A stretch of 64,000 nucleotides of DNA from Coniocarpon cinnabarinum (Eukaryota), in NCBI GenBank assembly GCA_051942205.1, contig JAVECO010000037.1:1-64000 (forward strand), read 5' to 3'. Within the stretch, counting starts at the first letter, position 1, and the number at the start of each line of letters is the position of its first letter. The notes under the pieces are model-generated. The model worked only from the letters and a program-made list of their open reading frames with translations, was not told the origin of the DNA and did no database searches. Below, piece by piece: positions 10,717 to 23,243 of the stretch. The position numbers and the translations under genes are program-made.

Positions 10717-13289
10717 TCAATTCGTACCAGGCAAGTAACATCCCGCTGCCAGCACCAAGTTCATGCTTGTGAAATGTACGGTGTAGACTGGAGACTTTCT
10801 GGTTGGAAACGCGCTGATTTGCTCGGGGCTCACTTTGGGATCTTCTTTCTTCCCTCCGCCCATTGCCCCACCTGCAACACCCACAGATCCAACGTTGGAC
10901 TTCTTCGTGTCTTTGTTCTCCGTTTTGATGTTTCCGCCTTGACCTCCAAGGCCGGGTCCAATGCCATCGGCCGCAGAAGAAGGTGATACTGCGTCCCAGA
11001 CGCGCACCGTCCCGTCCGCACCACCGCTGACGAGTAACGTTCCCTCGACAGACCACGTCATTGACCAGATACCACCTCGTCCGTGGCCTCTGAGGCTTTT
11101 CGTTCTTCGGCCATTCTCAAGATCCCAGAGGATGATGGTACCCCGATCATCGGCACTTGCAACCACCTTGCCAAACGGGTTCATGCTGAGGCTTGTAATG
11201 ATTCCCAGATGGCCCGTGAACATTCGCACGCTGGTGCCTTTGCTAACATCCCACATTCGCACGGTTCTATCTGCGCCTGCGGTGACTAAATAGCAGCCAT
11301 TAGGATGCCATGTCAGAGTCTCAACGTCAGAATCATGCCCAGCAAATATACGCAAAGGTCCGACATGTTCTGTTGACCAAAGACGAGCCGTGCGATCGGC
11401 AGACGCACTTGCAAAGTAATGTCCTTGCGGTGACCACCGCACGGCCCAAACAGGATGTGTGTGCCCTGTGTAGATGCAAAGCGTCGAGCAGGTTGCGAGT
11501 GACCACAGCCGAATCTTGCCATCGGCGGAGCAGGTGAGTAAGAGATGATGAGCGCTGGCATTGTTATGGATAGCGCCGTTTTGCATGCCGTTCACTGACG
11601 CTGATGGAAGAGGCGAAGGATTGGGACAGAATGATAGGTCGTAAACAGGGCCGGAATGCCCAATCAACCGTCGACTAGCAGCTCTAGCAGTCGCGTTAGG
11701 GTCTAGAGAAGGCAGTGGATCGCCTGACATGGTCCAGACTCGAGCATACGATTCTGCAGTGCCCGCGGCAATCAGTTCATTGTCACAGCTGAACCCAATG
11801 CAGTTGACACTGTCGAAGGTGTTGTGAAAGGTGTACATTGTCACACTGACTCCAGGCCCCGATCCCACTGATGCTGATCCCCTAGCTGGCAGTTGATACC
11901 TGTCACGATAGTCTTTGATGCGCTGAACATCAGCTGCGACATCTCGCGCCAGCGGCTTAGGCAATGGCAATGTATCACGGCTAGGTGCATCTTCCGACGA
12001 TTCACGTTTGATCTGCTTATCGAGTTCCTCAATCAGTGATGGCTGCCCAGCAAGCGGAGGATCGACGGCGTCCGCATCCTCAAGCTCGTCTCGTACGTCT
12101 CCCGCTGCCTCAGCATCCATTGGCAGCGGTCCCAGATTCAGGCGAGCAAGCACAGGTGGCGCGTTTCGATCAGTGTTAGCGGAGCCTGGGTTATGACCCG
12201 GGATGCCTTCGTCTTCCTCAGGTAGCGATTCCGTCAAGCCTCGTCGTGACAGGACTGATGCAAATGAACGGTCGGTAGTGGCAGCTCTATCGACTGTAAC
12301 GATATGCATGTGTGTCTGCAGAATGGATATAATGACTGAGCCACCAGCACGCTCTTTGCTTTCCAAAAAGTTGAGTAGCGAGAAATGTGTTGTCTCTACC
12401 AGCGTCAATCGATACAAATTATGTCGATAGATCTTGGCAGTCTCGTTGTCATCGAGGTGCTCAGGGTGCTTGACCATTTCGAGGGCTCTGAGATCGGCTT
12501 CGTGTTCTCGCTGAAAGTGTGACTTGTGAAAAGCGAAAAAGTCCTGTGCCATCTCGGGAAAGTTATCCCCAACAAGGCTAAGGAATGAATATACAAAGAC
12601 CGGCCATTTTAAACGGTCAAGCTCCGCTTTGTAGACCTCGAGATTGTCATCGATCCACTGCACCAGTAGTGTGAAAGCTGCAGCGTATTTTCTTCCTCCT
12701 AGCTCCTCCGTACGCTCAATCACCAGACGCCCTTGACCGTCCACCCTTGTCATCTCACGCCGTAGCGTGGCTTCTGTTTGGGCATACCCCTTTTTCGCAA
12801 GGTAGTCGATGACCTGGCGGAGTGCGTCAGCTTCGACTTTTCGTCTATGATCATCTGAGATGCGTTCACGACTCCCAACATAAGGGAGCCGTGAGTCCAT
12901 TGTGGAAGGTAGCAAGTCAAGAAGCAACAGCTCCAGTGTTAAATCAATCAAGAAGGTAAAAGACAGTCTCGTCGCCAGGTGAGATGTGTGGCCCTCACAG
13001 AGATGAGAGTCACGTGATCATGACAGAGGCAAAGGCAAGGATTAGCAGGAGGCAAATTGCGGCCTCATCAGCAAGAGGAAGCCGACCACGCGCAATTTTC
13101 ATCTCCCGAGATCATACATCGTTGATTGACTGGATGGGAGCAAGATGCACATACGATTTGATTCAAATTCTGGCCTTGCCCAGCTTGGCCGCCAGTCCCC
13201 GTAGCTGTGCCTGTGTTTGATTGTATCTGACCACTCGAACCGGTCCTAGCCGGCACGGCCGCCGCGCTCGTCTGGTGTACACCAGACAT
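10717..13289 (-). CDS. TAF5: TFIID/SAGA subunit Taf5 (LisH, NTD2, WD40); intron 12814-13154
   Basis: Exon 1 (13289-13155) ends QNLNQI and is spliced in phase 0 to VIDYLAKKGY. LKWPVFVYSFL, six WD40 repeats and C-terminal FPTRKSPV..FTSMNL are present. Confidence 0.95.
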
Positions 13290-14153
13290 ATCGCGCGACG
13301 GCTCTTGAAAAGTCTGGGTACAACCGCAATGATAGCTTCGTTCTATTTGCCCTCCGGTCGCATATCCACAATTTAAGGAACCTCAGTCTTTTTTCGATCT
13401 CGAAAAACTATGACTGGTTCGTTGGAGCCGTGTTAGCCGTGCTTATATCAACGGTAGGTCTGATGTTGCAGAAATGCCTGCTCTCTGAGTTCCTAGAGAG
13501 ATGGGGAGCTACAATCGATTTGATGTTGAGAATGAGGGTGGTGACGATGATAATACGAATGATCTGGTGGTACTCTGGACCAAGAGCGGATGAGTACTCC
13601 AATGAAGATGTCTTGTTATTAAGGCAATAAAAAGCAGCGGCTGCGACGCGAGGCTTGATCGGGGCTAGTGGCTGGAAGTGGAACCTCCCCGTCGCACGTC
13701 TCCTCCTGCATAGGTAATTCTTCAAATCCTTCAAACATCATCCGAATGGTCCTGTTTCCTGACGGTGACCTCAGCCAGACTAAAAACCCACAGCACGGTT
13801 GGCTGCTCTGCGACCAATGCCCGTACAGCTAGGTTCCCGCGGGTGCAGCGGAACGGCAGGATGGCAAACTGTTCATCTTTGCTTACCAGACGGCTAGCAA
13901 TTGCTCGAAATGTCAGCGGAGCGTCAGAATGGAGATACATATCGAGATCAATTGTTGTACAGCACCCGCGACGCATGCCGTATAACTTGGGAATCTCGTG
14001 CTCGGAGCCGCACATAACTGAAACTGTAGCAACTCACCAATCGCTGCACACGCTTATTCTAGGGGCCAAAAACGTATGCTTCTTATGCTCATGTTAAGGA
14101 CACTCTGAGAACAGCTGGAAAATAATCCTTCTTTGGCCTCTAAAAGCACTGTA

Positions 14154-15304
14154 ATGTCTTCGCGTCTCCAAAACAGAATGTCAATGCCTTGTGTGTGCGC
14201 GATCTGTAACATCGAGTTCTACAGTCATATTCCCATTTCGGACAGCAGATACTGGCTTTCTCATGCCTGCTTCCTATCTTACGCTTGGAATTTGCAATAT
14301 CAAGCCGATATCGTCAAGTCTTTGAGCGGAAATGATCGAACTGACGTTCTCATTCCAGTACTGTCAGACGAGCCTCTACAAATAACAGCGACAACATCGC
14401 CAGGGCCAAGCGACCACAGGCGCAAGACATATCGACTTCTTGCAAGCAAAAGCCCTAGCCGTAGCAGGGCCCTCTCCCCACATGTATTCCAACAGCTGGG
14501 TACGGAATGTCAGTTGCGAGCAATGGCGTGCGCCGACTCAGAGCTGCTACACGTACCCGTACACGTCGAGTGTCTGGGGCTCGCTGAACGCTTCCTCGGG
14601 CACGACCTGTTCGATCGTTCAGGGCATCAAAAAGTGCACCTTCGAAGACGTGTGAAACTTGTCAAAGACACTCTGACTTTCATTGACACGTCCGACGCAT
14701 CTCACGCGTCAAACCCTGATGGAGACACACCCACCAGAGATTATATTGACAAGTCGTATCGCTTTTCAAGTCCTGCACAAAGAGACGACGTCACACAATA
14801 TTTGTGGAGTAACTTGGTACCTGTTGGGCTCAGCTTCGAATTTGACGGGGTAAGCCCAGCAGCGAAGCGCATGGCATTGGCAGTGTCAAGACTTCCTTTC
14901 GAGATTCAGTCAGAAATTGGAACCAGCATCTGCAAGGATCCTGCGGGGATCTCAGAGAACTTTAACGGCCTACTGCCTCCAGAGATTTGGCGCTTGATGT
15001 TGACAACCCGAAGGGGCTTGCCGTGGCTGTGGGACATTGACGTGGAGCGCCTCGAGTGAGTGGTCCATTAGCCTGCAGCCGTTGCTGACAGGCTTGCTGT
15101 ACATGCAGCGAGCTGACGAAATCACGTTGAAGGAAACTAGAAGCTCGAGGAGGCAATCGTGTGCATAATTGGGAGCAATTAGTGAGACAGCTACTCCAAA
15201 GCTCTCCATTCGTGGATGAAGGTCTGTGTCTGCAATTACCAAAAGGCATTTGGAACCGGAGACGCATTTGGAGGATTTTGCAACAATCTTCTTTAGAGGC
15301 ATGA
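14154..15304 (+). CDS. Fungal hypothetical protein with C-terminal F-box-like segment
   Basis: CxICN at the N-terminus, then RLPFEIQSEI and LPWLWD. Intron ~15056-15132 (GTGAGT..GCTGAC..AAG) restores the frame to NWEQLVRQL..GIWNRRRIW. Confidence 0.6.
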
Positions 15305-15924
15305 GTATGTATGGGTGGACGCCGTTGCAGCTAGGGGTCACAAACGACAGCCCTTGACGAAGCGCGATTCGGTACTTTGCGAATCCATTGAGGTGATTGA
15401 CTTCAGCTGAAGAGATCCTTGCTCGGACCTGTAATTTTGCGTGACCGGCAGTCCTTGTCGTAATATAATTATGCACATGGTAGATGCAAAGGGTCTTTGC
15501 CGTAGTTTCCGCGTCTTCAGCGTCCTAAAGACACATAGTCAATCTACTGTTTGTCCAGACTGTTGCGAAAACGTAAGCAACGATGAAATTCGAGTGCAAT
15601 TTGATACTTTTCTCGAGTCGAAGGGCATTGACCGCCGTGCCCGCCCCAATATCCGCATGCTAAGGTTCATATGATCAAAGTAACAGGTACCTCGATAGCT
15701 AGGTAACTAAGGTATCCAAGGTACCCGACGCCAAGAACTGCCAAGAACTGCCAAAAACGCGCGGTGAACTCGACGCATTGGCGTTTTAAATGATGTCAGA
15801 AATCGACTTGCATGACCCGCGGAATGTAGATCTCCTCACTTTACGCGCCTCGTACAGCTGTCGAATGCCTGACTTGATTGTCTCCGGCTCGTAAATTGAT
15901 CGGCTATGATAGCTTCACAGTATA

Positions 15925-18615
15925 ATGAGCAGTCCCGCCAAACGGCGCAAGATCGATAAAGATACGTCTTTAAGCAAGCCTTCCAGAAGCCTCGACTTTT
16001 TCTTCGGTACGTAAACAAATCAGCAAATCGTGATTACTCGTTTCTGATCGGTCGCAGGCAGCAAAAATGCAGCTTCGACACAGTCGGCGGTCCAGCAACG
16101 AGAAGCGCCTGTAACTAACGAGGAAGGTCAAGATCTCACCGATGAACAACTGGCTCGCAAGCTTCAGCAAGAGTGGGATCGCGAGGATGGAGCAGGGTCC
16201 GCGCCAAAGCATGACAGCCTTTCGAACAATCACAGCCTTGAGAGTCAAAGCTCCGAGCAAAATGAGACGTATCGAGGAGAGGAGTGTTGGGAAGCAGAGG
16301 CCAATCCAAAGGACCAGCCTGCACAACCTTTGTCCAGTACCTCTGCTTTCTCAAACACCTTATCCTTGCAATCTGCCAGTGCAACTGAAGACACGATAAC
16401 ATCCACAGTCAACTTCGATCAAAGCCCGCTGACCTTTGACCCTGGCGAATACATTCCCAAGCTCAAGGAACAATGGGCTCAAGAAGGAGGTCGAGCGACT
16501 TACGCGCTGCTAACGCATTGCTTCGTCCTCGTCACCCAGACACAAAGTCGCATCAGAATCGTCGACAACCTAGTCAATCTTCTGCGCACTATCATCGAAG
16601 CTGATGCAGCCAGCCTGCTACCTGCAGTGTGGCTCGTCACTAATTCGATTGCGCCGCCGTATGTCGACTTAGAGCTCGGATTAGGCGGATCGGCGATCTC
16701 TAAAGCCCTGAAAAAGGTCTGCGGTCTCGACAGTAGTGGGCTCAAAACGCTTTACAATAAGCACGGTGATGCGGGCGACGTCGCTTTTGAAGCCAAGAAA
16801 CGACAAAGCTTGACTCTCCGCAAACCGCAGCCGCTCAGTATACAGGGTGTTTATGAGTCCCTTGTTAAGATCGCGAATAGCAAAGGTCATGGGTCTCAAG
16901 AAGTGAAACAGCGTATTGTGGAGAAGCTAGTGCAAGATGCGAGAGGCGCTGAGGAAAGTCGATATATAGTGCGCACGCTTGTTCAACACCTACGGATTGG
17001 CGCTGTGAAGATGACGATGCTCATTGCATTATCCCGAGCTTTCCTCTTATCTAGGCCGCCTGACGCGTCTTTCCAGGTCAGAGATCGCGATCAGCTTCGG
17101 ACGTTGAAGAAGGACCAGCTAGCCGAGGTATGGTCACCGAGTGAAGAAATAGTCAAAGCATGTTTTGCAAGGCGACCAAATTACAATGACTTGGTGCCGA
17201 CACTTCTCGAGATTGGCGTGTGCGAGGAGCTGCTTGTTCGGTGTGGCCTTGGGCTTCACATACCACTTCGACCCATGTTGGGTAACATAACAAGGGATTT
17301 GAGCGACATGTTGACGAAACTTCAAGGACGAGACTTTAGCTGCGAATTCAAATACGATGGTCAGCGCGCGCAAGTACATTGTGATGCTAATGGAAAGGTT
17401 TCAATTTTCTCAAGACATCTTGAAGTCATGACTGAAAAGTACCCTGACCTCGTCGCGCTTGTCCCACAAATACGAGGCGAGGGCGTCAGCAGTTTCATAA
17501 TTGAGGGCGAAGTGGTCGCCGTTGATCATGAAACTGGGGAATTGAAGACATTTCAAACGCTGACAAACCGTGCTCGAAAGGACGTTGATATTGGAAGCAT
17601 TAAAGTCGGAGTCTGTCTGTTTGCTTTTGACTTGATGTATCTGAACGGAGAGGAAATGCTGGGTAGATCATTTCGAGATCGTCGCGAACTGCTTCGCAAT
17701 TTATTCGTGCAGATACCGAACAAGTTTACTTGGGTGAAGAGCATAGACGCTACATCCAATGATTCGGAGGCGGTGCTCGAATTCTTCAAGAGCGCTACAG
17801 ACATCAAATGTGAGGGGATCATGGTGAAGGTGATGGACAACCTAGAGATCTCAGAGACCTCCAAGAGTCAATTCACTGGCGGGGATGATGGCTTCACTGA
17901 TCTACCTGCAGCACCCTCCACGCCATCTAAATCAAAGTCGCGAAAACTAGCTGGAGCTCAGGGCGGAAAGGCACACAAGGACACCAAAGACGCAGATGTA
18001 GAGGACAAGAAAGGAGCACGACGCAAAGCTTTGCTTGCCACGTATGAGCCAGATAAGCGCAGCGACAGCTGGCTCAAAGTCAAGAAAGATTACGCGGCTT
18101 CCTCGGACACGTTGGACTTGGTTCCCATCGGCGGCTGGCACGGTCAAGGGCGCAAAAACGCCTGGTGGTCACCGATACTTTTGGCTGCGCGGAATCCTGA
18201 GACTGGATGCTTGGAAGCAGTGACAAAATGCATCTCCGGGTTCACTGACACATTCTACAAAGCTAATAAAGAGAAATACGCCGAGGGCTCCGACAACGTC
18301 ATACCGCGTCCAAGCTACGTGGAATACGCCGGTGAGCCGGATGTGTGGTTCGAGCCGCAGGAGGTGTGGGAGATACAGTACGCCGATATTACGCTGAGTC
18401 CGACGTACACGGCCGCCATTGGGCTCGTGAGCGAAGAGCGCGGGCTGAGCACACGGTTTCCGAGGTTCTTAAAAGTCCGAGAAGATAAGAGCATTGAAGA
18501 GGCGACCACGAGTGACTATCTAGCGGGACTATGGAGACAGCAAGAAGAACGGCGGCCTCTTACAAATGGGACGATGCCAAGTGTAGAAGCAGACGTGGAT
18601 GGTGACGACGGATGA
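15925..18615 (+). CDS. ATP-dependent DNA ligase I-like paralog (fungal Adl1/'Lig3' type); intron 16007-16057
   Basis: MSSPAKRRK..LDFFF N-terminus; catalytic EFKYDGQRAQ, EGIMVK, WLKVKKDY and RFPRF motifs. Confidence 0.92.
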
Positions 18616-19518
18616 GGGCACCGCAAGATACCCTGGAAATGCATATTGTACATTATAGTCTTGTATAGATGTCGCATTGCGGCACACTGGTCGATCTTGG
18701 AATTGGAACGGATAGAACTAAAAATAGAAACAGGGAGATGAAGGTGAAACAAAGTGCCAACCCGTCAAGTTTTCAGCTCAGAGTACTCACGACAACGTGA
18801 TTCAATGCTTTCGTAACGCCAAATATGGCTTTTGCCGCTGTGCTCGCCGCTTTATCAATGTCAATACCATTGGAGTAAGGGCTTTGCTTGCGTGCGGCCT
18901 TGACAGCGCCAAGCCTGGCCCTCACCTACTTCACTGCCACTACCCATCCTGACGAACTTCACACTGCATTCCCCCCCGTTGCACGAGTGTCATGACTCTC
19001 CGCGATCCACACTCTGTACGATACTCATGTACCTACCCGTTAATTTGCCTAGACGTGCTCGGTCATGATTCCATCTCCTCATGCACCGAGAGCAGAAAAA
19101 TGTCCCGTCCGCCCCAATGGCAGCTGAGCTTTGCAATCTCGACCTCCCACCTCCGTTTGCTGTTTCGATCGCAGTGGCGCAGATCCATTTATGACCACCA
19201 TCGTTCGTCTAACACAACATGCACGTGAGACCCTTTCTGCCAATGACCCCTCTTCGACATGTTTGTCACACACCCTATTTACGTTTACCAGCCTCGCCCC
19301 AAACATTTTTTGCACCCTTTTTCCGGCCGTACTGCGTATCACAACATCATCTTGAATTGCGCCCCCTCACAGCCCATGTGCACTATCTCTCAGCCATGCA
19401 GCCATGCCAGAGACCCACTTCCCTGCCGTGATGACGTGCCATTGATTTCCAGTCGTATGTTCATTTCCAGTCCTCACTCCAAACTCTTGTTCTTCTTCAG
19501 AGTGGTCTGCGAGTGAGC

Positions 19519-22500
19519 ATGGCGCACAATGGGGCTTTCCGACCATCCAAACGCCAGACTGTGAGTGACTCCGAGGAAGCCCCTTCTGACGTCCAGCAAC
19601 CATCCACGAATGGCGATCCTTCAGGCCAAGACGGGGTATCTGGTGATGATCAAGCGCAAACTGCTCCAAATCCCAACATTGCGGATGACAACTCTATTGA
19701 GAATCAGCCGCCAATGGACAGCTCTAGCGACTCTAGCCCAGCTCCAACGGAGAGTCTGCCAATCCCATCTGACACATCGGTCCCTTCAGGTCTACCCTCG
19801 TCCAATGTGGCATCACCTGAAAGCCTTAGTAGCATTCCCGGCAGTCTCTACGGTATTACAGACCCAGCCAAAATACCAACAGATATCTTCCTCCCGAATC
19901 AGCCACCGGCAGGCCCCACCTTCATTGACGAAGGGGGATGCCTCTGCGCCTTGAGAGGAGCTCCAAATGGCCAGAGCACAGCGTGGCGCTGTTTCGGAAA
20001 CCACAGTCTGGATGCTTACACAGGAAGCTCTGGCCAGTGGTTCAATATCCCCAATGCTCAAACAGCATGGTTAAATTTACCCTTGAACGATTCTAGCAAC
20101 CCTCCAGATGTCAGCAATCCCATGGTTGAGGCTCCCGGCCAAACAAATGGGTCGCTCACTCCTTTGCCCGGTATCCAACCAGATCCGTTAAATGTATATG
20201 ATCAAGCATGCTCAGGAAGAAATCAGAGTAGTTGGACAACGTCATATTATGAAGCCGAATATGAACTTCTCAACAATCAGACGCCGGTGGCTGCTGCGCC
20301 ATGCTATCTGCGTGGCGCATTGCCCATACAAATACAGAACGTAACTTCATGGCAGGAGCACGGTTGCTTAGACGGCTTTTACTGTCCAAACAATACCATT
20401 AACTCGCTCCCACAGTATTGTCCTCCAATCGATCTCTGTCTGGAGACAAGACTCGCCGGCCTGACATGCCAATTGGGCGGTGTGAATTTCGGCATGGGAC
20501 CATTCGAGCCGGTCGTCTGCACGGCAGGCTACTATTGTCCTCATGGCGGCAAAGAACAGATCAAATGCCCGTCGGGCCACTATTGTCCAGTGGGGTCACC
20601 AAGTCCAATCAAATGCACCCCCGGAGCCATCTGTCGCTCAGGCGCTTGGACCCAGTACTACATCCTTCCACTCGGACTGCTAGCGGTACTGGATACTATT
20701 CTGATACTTCTTGCTCTTTTCTTCGGCTGGTATTTTGCAATGGCTGATCATCGAACCCACCGACTAGTCGGACTCGGCCAGCAAATGAGCAAAGGCGGTC
20801 TCGTGAATCGCAAAGGCTACGGCAAGCTCGAAGACGAGACGGAAATGACAGAGCTCGGTGCGGATGTTGTACCACTTCGACGCCGGCCAACTGGATTCCT
20901 AGGAAGTCTCAGTGGCAATACCAAGTCAGTGATGAACTTGGACACAGAGGCAAGTCCTGAACTACAAGCGTTTGTCGAGTCAATGCGGAAGGCGATCCAT
21001 CGTTCTAACTTCGGTCTGTCGTTCGGCTTTTCGCGATTGAGCTTTTGTCCAAAGGCAGCTCAGAGGCCTGTTCTGCAAGACATCTCCGGTGATATCAGAG
21101 CGGGGAGTCTCGTAGGCGTGATGGGCGGCTCAGGAGCTGGCAAATCGACTTTTGTGAATGTTCTCATGGGAAAGCAAGCAAATACGGGAGGCGAAGTCGC
21201 CGTCAATGGCGTGGTAGCAAAGATGAAGAGCTACAAGAAAATCATTGGGTACGTTCCACAGGACGACATTGTTTTGCCTGAGCTTTCAGTTCGCGAAAAC
21301 ATCCTCCACAGCGCTCGAATACGCCTTCCCAAGAACTGGTCGCGCAGAGATATCAACACACACGTTAACGCGGTCATCGACTGCCTTGAGCTTTCTGATG
21401 TAAGCAAGTCGCTCGTGGGCACGGTTGCAAAGCCTATCATCTCTGGCGGCCAACGCAAGCGCGTCAGCATTGGCATGGAGCTAGCTGCAACTCCCATGGC
21501 CATATTCCTTGACGAGCCCACGTCAGGCCTCGACGCTACTGCCGCGAACTCGATCATGAGAACACTGAAGGCACTGTCGAAGCTCGGTATTACCGTCATT
21601 GTCATTATTCATCAACCGCGCTCTGAGATCTTTGGGATGATCGACAATCTTATTCTCCTTGGGAATGGTCAGATGATCTACGAGGGTCCTGAGGAAGATG
21701 TCAAAGCCTATTTCGAACATTTTGGCTTCCGCATCCCTGCGCATGCCAATCAGGGCGACGTTGTCACTGACATTATCACCGGCAATAGTCGTGACTACAA
21801 ACCACATGGCGAAACTTCGAAGGAAGCGCTCATTGGTTACTGGCAAAAGTCACGAGATGGTAGAACTTCATTGCACAAGCATAGCTCCACACCGCCAGAA
21901 TCGGCATCCTTACGTGTCTCGATAAAGAAACGCGGCGCCCCGCACTGGACACAAACATACTATTGTCTCACTCGCGCACTCTTACAGCAATACCGTCAGC
22001 GATCCTCGTTCTGGTTCGAGATGGGTGTGGCTGCCATAGGCGGTTTTCTCATTGGTCTCGCCAACAACGGCAAGAAGGGCGCTTTCTACATATCCGTATA
22101 TCCACCGCCGTACCAAATGCTCTCGTCAGCAGGTGACTACCGGTCCGCACCTGAAATGGCGTTGTTGGTCTGCATCGCTGTCGGCTTGATCGCGAGTTCT
22201 CCAGCCGTCAAACTCTTTGCAGAGGAGAAGTTGATATATCGCCGCGAGTCGGAGTCGGGCCACAGTCGGCTCGCTTACTACGTGGCGAAGGTCATTTCCA
22301 CGATACCCCGTATTGTCCTCGGTTGCCTTCACTTCACAGTTCCCTTTTATCTCTTATCGACTCCGCCGATCAGCTGGGTCATTGCATACTGGCTGAACCT
22401 TCTCTACTTCTTCTGCATCTACGGGTTGGCGTCCGCTGTCGCCATGGTCACGCGACGCGAAGACGCACCGCTTCTTGCTGTGATGGCAAGCCTCATCGTC

Positions 22501-22779
22501 GGGGTCCTTAGTGGCGCCGCGCCACAGCTGGCAAAAGTGAACCAGTGGCACATCGGGTGGCTGTGGAGGATGAGTCCTGGAACTTGGATGGCGGAGGCCT
22601 ACTTCACGAGGTTAATCAAGCCGGTGGGACATGTCTATCAGCTGGAAATGGCGGTGCAGCAGACAGGATATACGCTCGATCAGGTAGGTCTAGACTGTGC
22701 GATTTTGGTGGCGATCGGTTTCATCTATCGACTTATTGCTTTCGGGGGCTTGTTGATCAGTCCGAAGATCGCCAAGTAG
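19519..22779 (+). CDS. ABCG-type half transporter with large Cys-rich extracellular N-terminus; true start uncertain
   Basis: Walker A GGSGAGKST, signature ISGGQRKRVSIG, FLDEPTSGLD and a C-terminal TM domain. CxxGxYCP repeats precede a TM helix. Confidence 0.9.
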   Translation: MAHNGAFRPSKRQTVSDSEEAPSDVQQPSTNGDPSGQDGVSGDDQAQTAPNPNIADDNSIENQPPMDSSSDSSPAPTESLPIPSDTSVPSGLPSSNVASPESLSSIPGSLYGITDPAKIPTDIFLPNQPPAGPTFIDEGGCLCALRGAPNGQSTAWRCFGNHSLDAYTGSSGQWFNIPNAQTAWLNLPLNDSSNPPDVSNPMVEAPGQTNGSLTPLPGIQPDPLNVYDQACSGRNQSSWTTSYYEAEYELLNNQTPVAAAPCYLRGALPIQIQNVTSWQEHGCLDGFYCPNNTINSLPQYCPPIDLCLETRLAGLTCQLGGVNFGMGPFEPVVCTAGYYCPHGGKEQIKCPSGHYCPVGSPSPIKCTPGAICRSGAWTQYYILPLGLLAVLDTILILLALFFGWYFAMADHRTHRLVGLGQQMSKGGLVNRKGYGKLEDETEMTELGADVVPLRRRPTGFLGSLSGNTKSVMNLDTEASPELQAFVESMRKAIHRSNFGLSFGFSRLSFCPKAAQRPVLQDISGDIRAGSLVGVMGGSGAGKSTFVNVLMGKQANTGGEVAVNGVVAKMKSYKKIIGYVPQDDIVLPELSVRENILHSARIRLPKNWSRRDINTHVNAVIDCLELSDVSKSLVGTVAKPIISGGQRKRVSIGMELAATPMAIFLDEPTSGLDATAANSIMRTLKALSKLGITVIVIIHQPRSEIFGMIDNLILLGNGQMIYEGPEEDVKAYFEHFGFRIPAHANQGDVVTDIITGNSRDYKPHGETSKEALIGYWQKSRDGRTSLHKHSSTPPESASLRVSIKKRGAPHWTQTYYCLTRALLQQYRQRSSFWFEMGVAAIGGFLIGLANNGKKGAFYISVYPPPYQMLSSAGDYRSAPEMALLVCIAVGLIASSPAVKLFAEEKLIYRRESESGHSRLAYYVAKVISTIPRIVLGCLHFTVPFYLLSTPPISWVIAYWLNLLYFFCIYGLASAVAMVTRREDAPLLAVMASLIVGVLSGAAPQLAKVNQWHIGWLWRMSPGTWMAEAYFTRLIKPVGHVYQLEMAVQQTGYTLDQVGLDCAILVAIGFIYRLIAFGGLLISPKIAK

Positions 22780-23243
22780 ACTAGAGTCTCTTGCTCGAGC
22801 CAGTACTACTACTACATTTCGTGCTATCATAACCAAATATCTCGTCTCTATTCAGAAACTTTGGTAAATATAATGTTTTGAATCTGCTGTTACGAGAAAC
22901 TCGAAAACAGTCTGCGCATCAGTCTGGCACCTGAACGAGAACAACTACGATAAATAGTCTGACTTTTATGATATGTTTAGGGATCTTCAATTGTCGATTG
23001 ATATGATGTTCCAAATGTGCTGCTTCCAATGACTCGACAATAAACATAGTATTTCCCTGTATGGTGCTACATGATGCTAGATCTGGTGGCGTCATCCAGG
23101 TGCAGATGCTACTCGTTGATGGTCCGGAAGTGTGCAGAACATTCGTAAAGACCAACTCCTTCCTGCTCTTCCACACACACTACTCACTTGCTCTTTCTGC
23201 GTTGCCTACATTTGAGAGTCATCCCTAGCGCCAACCATAAGAA

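Noticed and set aside
12814..12951. N-terminal MIDLTLELLL.. extension of the TAF5 track ORF
   Set aside because: It lies inside the intron; the real N-terminus is exon 13289-13155.
13060..13105. Hammerhead ribozyme (CTGATGA plus GAAA) in the TAF5 intron
   Set aside because: Stem II cannot form between the two core motifs.
13400..14100. Gene between TAF5 and the F-box-like gene
   Set aside because: Only short ORFs, no recognisable motifs and no consistent splice model.
15108..15132. Premature TGA making the 14154 gene a pseudogene
   Set aside because: A downstream AAG acceptor with its own GCTGAC branch site skips the stop in frame.
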